DNA of 51,157 bases, taken from the IMG/VR virus record IMGVR_UViG_3300011969_000001. The stretch is one strand, 5' to 3'. The position numbers and the translations under genes are program-made. Positions 48,932-51,157 of this stretch are shown piece after piece (the stretch's first letter is position 1; every line of letters starts with the position of its first letter). Origin of the DNA: a virus. Under the pieces are notes generated by a model, which did no database searches, was not told the origin of the DNA, and worked only from the letters and a program-made list of their open reading frames with translations.

Positions 48932-49394
48932 ACTCAGCCTCGATCACCGTTGGGGGCAGTGCTTTCTGGGAAGAAGCCAGGACTTTCCGTTTCAACTCTT
49001 CAATTTCTGTAAGTAACACGTCTTGAGTCAAGCTTAAAGTCTGTTCTACAGAGAGATTCAAGTTGCCCGAAACTTCCTTCTTGTCGATCAATTTTCCTCG
49101 GTTCTTGAGCACAAGCTCCATTGCCCGAGTAGACCCTTGCCGGACTGCCTGTTTAAGCTTTCCGTACAATTCTACTGTGAATGCTTCCATAGAAAGCTCA
49201 GAATAATAGAGCAACAGATCAATGAACAGTGGATCGTTTTGCCATCTGAAGATCGTTCTTGTATCAACCCCACACTCAGAAGCAATGTTAGCCATTGTCA
49301 TTCCCGACTCATCTTTAGTGGCAATGAGCTGTGCTCCGAGGATCCTCTCAGGAGTGTAATTGTCTAGATTGATCGTTGGCAGCACAGCCACCAC
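48918..49394 (-). CDS. terS: Terminase small subunit (phBC6A51-like HTH)
   Basis: IA.ECGVDTRTIFRWQNDP.F; directly upstream of terL. Confidence 0.75.
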   Translation of the reverse strand: MVAVLPTINLDNYTPERILGAQLIATKDESGMTMANIASECGVDTRTIFRWQNDPLFIDLLLYYSELSMEAFTVELYGKLKQAVRQGSTRAMELVLKNRGKLIDKKEVSGNLNLSVEQTLSLTQDVLLTEIEELKRKVLASSQKALPPTVIEAEYEIL

Positions 49395-49411
49395 CTCTTT
49401 TCCGAATCTAT

Positions 49412-49618
49412 TTATAAGACCTCTTCAAACGAGCCTTCGTAATCACACACATCCAACGTCTCAGGCATTGTTAGCCCTCCGTAGAACTCACAGATGTGCA
49501 AGACTGGCTCATCAGTGGTCCTTGTGTGATGTCTACATACGGTACACCTGGGCAATATGAAATTGTATTTGGCTTCTTGGCTGAACCCTAACTCATCAAG
49601 AAACAGATTTTTTCTCAT
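49412..49618 (-). CDS. Small Cys/His-rich hypothetical protein
   Basis: CTVCRHH..HIC..C; RBS GAAAGG; track start 49675 overlaps a tRNA. Confidence 0.55.
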   Translation of the reverse strand: MRKNLFLDELGFSQEAKYNFILPRCTVCRHHTRTTDEPVLHICEFYGGLTMPETLDVCDYEGSFEEVL

Positions 49619-49648
49619 AAAGATTTGACCTTTCATTTGTAAATTAAT

Positions 49649-49725
49649 TGGTGGGGGCAGATGGATTTGAACCACCGATTATACGGATCAAAACCGTATG
49701 CCTTTGACCTCTTGGCAATACCCCT
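49649..49725 (-). tRNA. tRNA-Gln(UUG)
   Basis: Cloverleaf; TACGG-TTTTGAT-CCGTA anticodon arm; TTCAAAT T-loop; CCA encoded. Confidence 0.93.
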
Positions 49726-49735
49726 ATGTTTTGTT

Positions 49736-49812
49736 TGGTAGGAATGGGTGGGATCGAACCAACGACCTGTCCCTTATAAGGAGACTGCTCTAACCTAACT
49801 GAGCTACATTCC
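49736..49812 (-). tRNA. tRNA-Ile(UAU)
   Basis: GTCTC-CTTATAA-GGGAC; A73; CCA encoded. Confidence 0.9.
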
Positions 49813-49818
49813 TAAGTT

Positions 49819-49893
49819 TGGCAACAAGGAGTAGGAATCGAACCCACGTCAGAAGTTTTGGAGACTTCAGTTCTACCATTGAACTATCCTGTT
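49819..49893 (-). tRNA. tRNA-Trp(CCA), one extra base in acceptor stem
   Basis: GAAGT-CTCCAAA-ACTTC; G73; acceptor AACAGGA vs TCCTTGTT. Confidence 0.88.
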
Positions 49894-49898
49894 AAGTT

Positions 49899-49973
49899 TG
49901 GAGCCAACTGTACGACTCGAACGTACATCTAATTCCTTACAAGAGAATCACTTTTCCATTAAGCTAAGTTGGC
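49899..49973 (-). tRNA. tRNA-Thr(UGU)
   Basis: GCCAACT/AGTTGGC acceptor; ATTCT-CTTGTAA-GGAAT; CCA encoded. Confidence 0.92.
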
Positions 49974-49982
49974 AAAATAAGG

Positions 49983-50077
49983 TGAAGTAGAACTTGAGTT
50001 GCACAAGTAACCGAATGAGCCGTAGTTATGCATACGTTCACAACAGACGTGCCCTTCAGACCCAACTCGGGACTCCA
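49983..50077 (-). ncRNA. Degenerate tRNA-like element with long extra arm
   Basis: D-arm CCCGAG..AAGGG, T-arm ACTTG-TGCAACT-CAAGT, weak acceptor and anticodon stems, no CCA. Confidence 0.45.
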
Positions 50078-50448
50078 TAATTAATTTAGTAAAGGGCACC
50101 TCCACGATACGTAGGAAGTGCCTTTCGTGTCGTTTACGGCCTGACGAGGCTTAAATAAGCTCCTTCTGCACATTTTCTAGGCAGAGAGGAGCAAAGTTGG
50201 CAATATAAGGTGGTCAGTAGCCTTTCGGCTATACGATGACACTGACCAGATCCCAGTTAGTTCAGTAGGTCTAACAACCTCTATTGGGCATAGTAAAAGC
50301 CGACCCCAGATCGTAGGGCCGGATTCTCCTTCTACACTTGGTAGATGAGCAAAGTCAAGAGTCGTTGCTTGCAGGATGACCGTAGTCAACAACTGATCGG
50401 TAATGTCCGATATTCGTATACTCTTGACACTTGGAAACAATGTTTAGC
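50078..50448 (-). ncRNA. Candidate large structured ncRNA
   Basis: At least 8 helices tile the region, with GAAA and cUACGg tetraloops on the tRNA strand. Confidence 0.7.
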
Positions 50449-50520
50449 TCGGAGAGGTTGGAGTTGCACCAACGACACGACACCTCACGATGCCTTGCTC
50501 TACTACTGAGCTACTCTCTG
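50449..50520 (-). ncRNA. Pseudo-tRNA with GNRA-capped anticodon arm
   Basis: Normal D-arm GCTC/GAGC; GGCATC-GTGA-GGTGTC; T-arm GTTGG-TGCAACT-CCAAC; no CCA. Confidence 0.7.
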
Positions 50521-50527
50521 ATGTTGT

Positions 50528-50599
50528 TGCCGAAAGAAGGACTCGAACCTTCATCTGCTAGTCCTTGACCAGCTGTTTTCCCAGTTAAACCATTTCAGT
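50528..50599 (-). ncRNA. Pseudo-tRNA with non-canonical anticodon loop
   Basis: D-arm GTTT/AAAC; GCTGGTC-AAG-GACTAGC (C33, AAG); canonical T-arm GAAGG-TTCGAGT-CCTTC; ends A-ACA. Confidence 0.7.
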
Positions 50600-50673
50600 A
50601 TGAAACTAAGGCACCGTCTAAGGGCACAGTGCTTACCCTCCAATTAATATTGGGCATTGGCAGTAATGGACAT

Positions 50674-50724
50674 AAAAATAACCACCCTTCACTTCAGTGG
50701 TAGCTAAACACTGAACTTGGGTGG
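50674..50724 (-). terminator. Long hairpin + T-rich tract in late leader
   Basis: CCACCC..TTCAGTG-loop-CACTGAA..GGGTGG followed by TTATTTTT. Confidence 0.55.
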
Positions 50725-50920
50725 CTGAGATAAAGGAACAGGCTGTGGGCCTTTTCTTGCCTTAGCCCTTTTGCTTTACCTCTTCACTAACATAGGCACG
50801 AAGTATGGGTTTCTACAACTAGTGAAATAAAATAAATATATTTTTTATTTTTCTAGATATTGAGTGACAATGCAACTTTGGTGGCTATACATTATAATAA
50901 CGATATCTATTATCTAAGGG

Positions 50921-50958
50921 TATATACGTAATAGTAACGTATATATACGTACAGTAAC
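50921..50958. repeat. Direct repeat TATATACGTA(AT/C)AGTAAC x2
   Basis: Copies start at 50921 and 50942, 21 bp apart, in a non-coding region. Confidence 0.6.
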
Positions 50959-51157
50959 TTTACATGACGTATATTATCGTTAGACAGTAGCCCCCCCCTC
51001 TTCTTCTGAGTGAATGAGCAGTATCCAATCGGGGGTCATCATACTATACTTTAGAATGTACCTAGAGGAGCTGGAAGCCACTTTTAAGCTGTTTGATTAC
51101 TGCTCTAGGGTGATTGTGCCTGTTAGGTATTCAGCTGGCTTGTATGGTGTCCCACTC

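Noticed and set aside
49649-49973. Quadruplet-anticodon frameshift-suppressor tRNA
   Set aside because: All four canonical tRNAs have ordinary 7-nt anticodon loops
50177-50440. 87-aa ORF on the - strand
   Set aside because: TTG start with no RBS, no recognisable motif; coincides with the structured RNA
49983-50448. tmRNA, RNase P RNA, group I intron or hammerhead ribozyme
   Set aside because: No tmRNA acceptor or tag ending in AA, and none of the conserved cores (GAGGAAAGUCC, P7 AGACUA, CUGAUGA) seen by eye
1-51157. CRISPR array, integrase, IS element or DGR
   Set aside because: No repeat-spacer array, recombinase, transposase or reverse transcriptase seen; repeats are intragenic or regulatory

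Overview
Part of a large tailed dsDNA phage or prophage, very likely of a Bacillota (Firmicutes) host: siphovirus-type tail, no sheath, no integrase in the window. It has two convergent arms that meet at a bidirectional terminator near 21.35 kb. The + arm (157-21331) carries primase, a phage sigma factor, SSB, family A DNA polymerase (split by two +1 frameshifts), a Tad2/DUF2829-like protein, a Cas4-like nuclease, a RusA-like resolvase, class II RNR, PhoH, dUTPase, a ThyX-like protein, dNMP kinase, an 11-repeat Cys-rich protein and regulators. The - arm (about 50.6 kb to 21.4 kb) carries a tRNA/ncRNA leader, terminases, portal, protease/scaffold, capsid, neck, two paralogous tail tube genes, tail chaperone with -1 frameshift, tape measure, tail and receptor-binding proteins, and lysis genes. 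Best leads: (1) a ~370-nt, almost fully structured non-coding RNA bracketed by tRNA-like elements with non-canonical anticodon arms, at the head of a late operon that contains many intrinsic terminators; (2) a bipartite motif AGTGACAAT-N15-AATGGTTCGGTGTA found three times, probably the promoter of the phage sigma factor; (3) the 654-aa Cys-repeat protein. All family calls are from motif recognition by eye; no database searches or folding programs were run.
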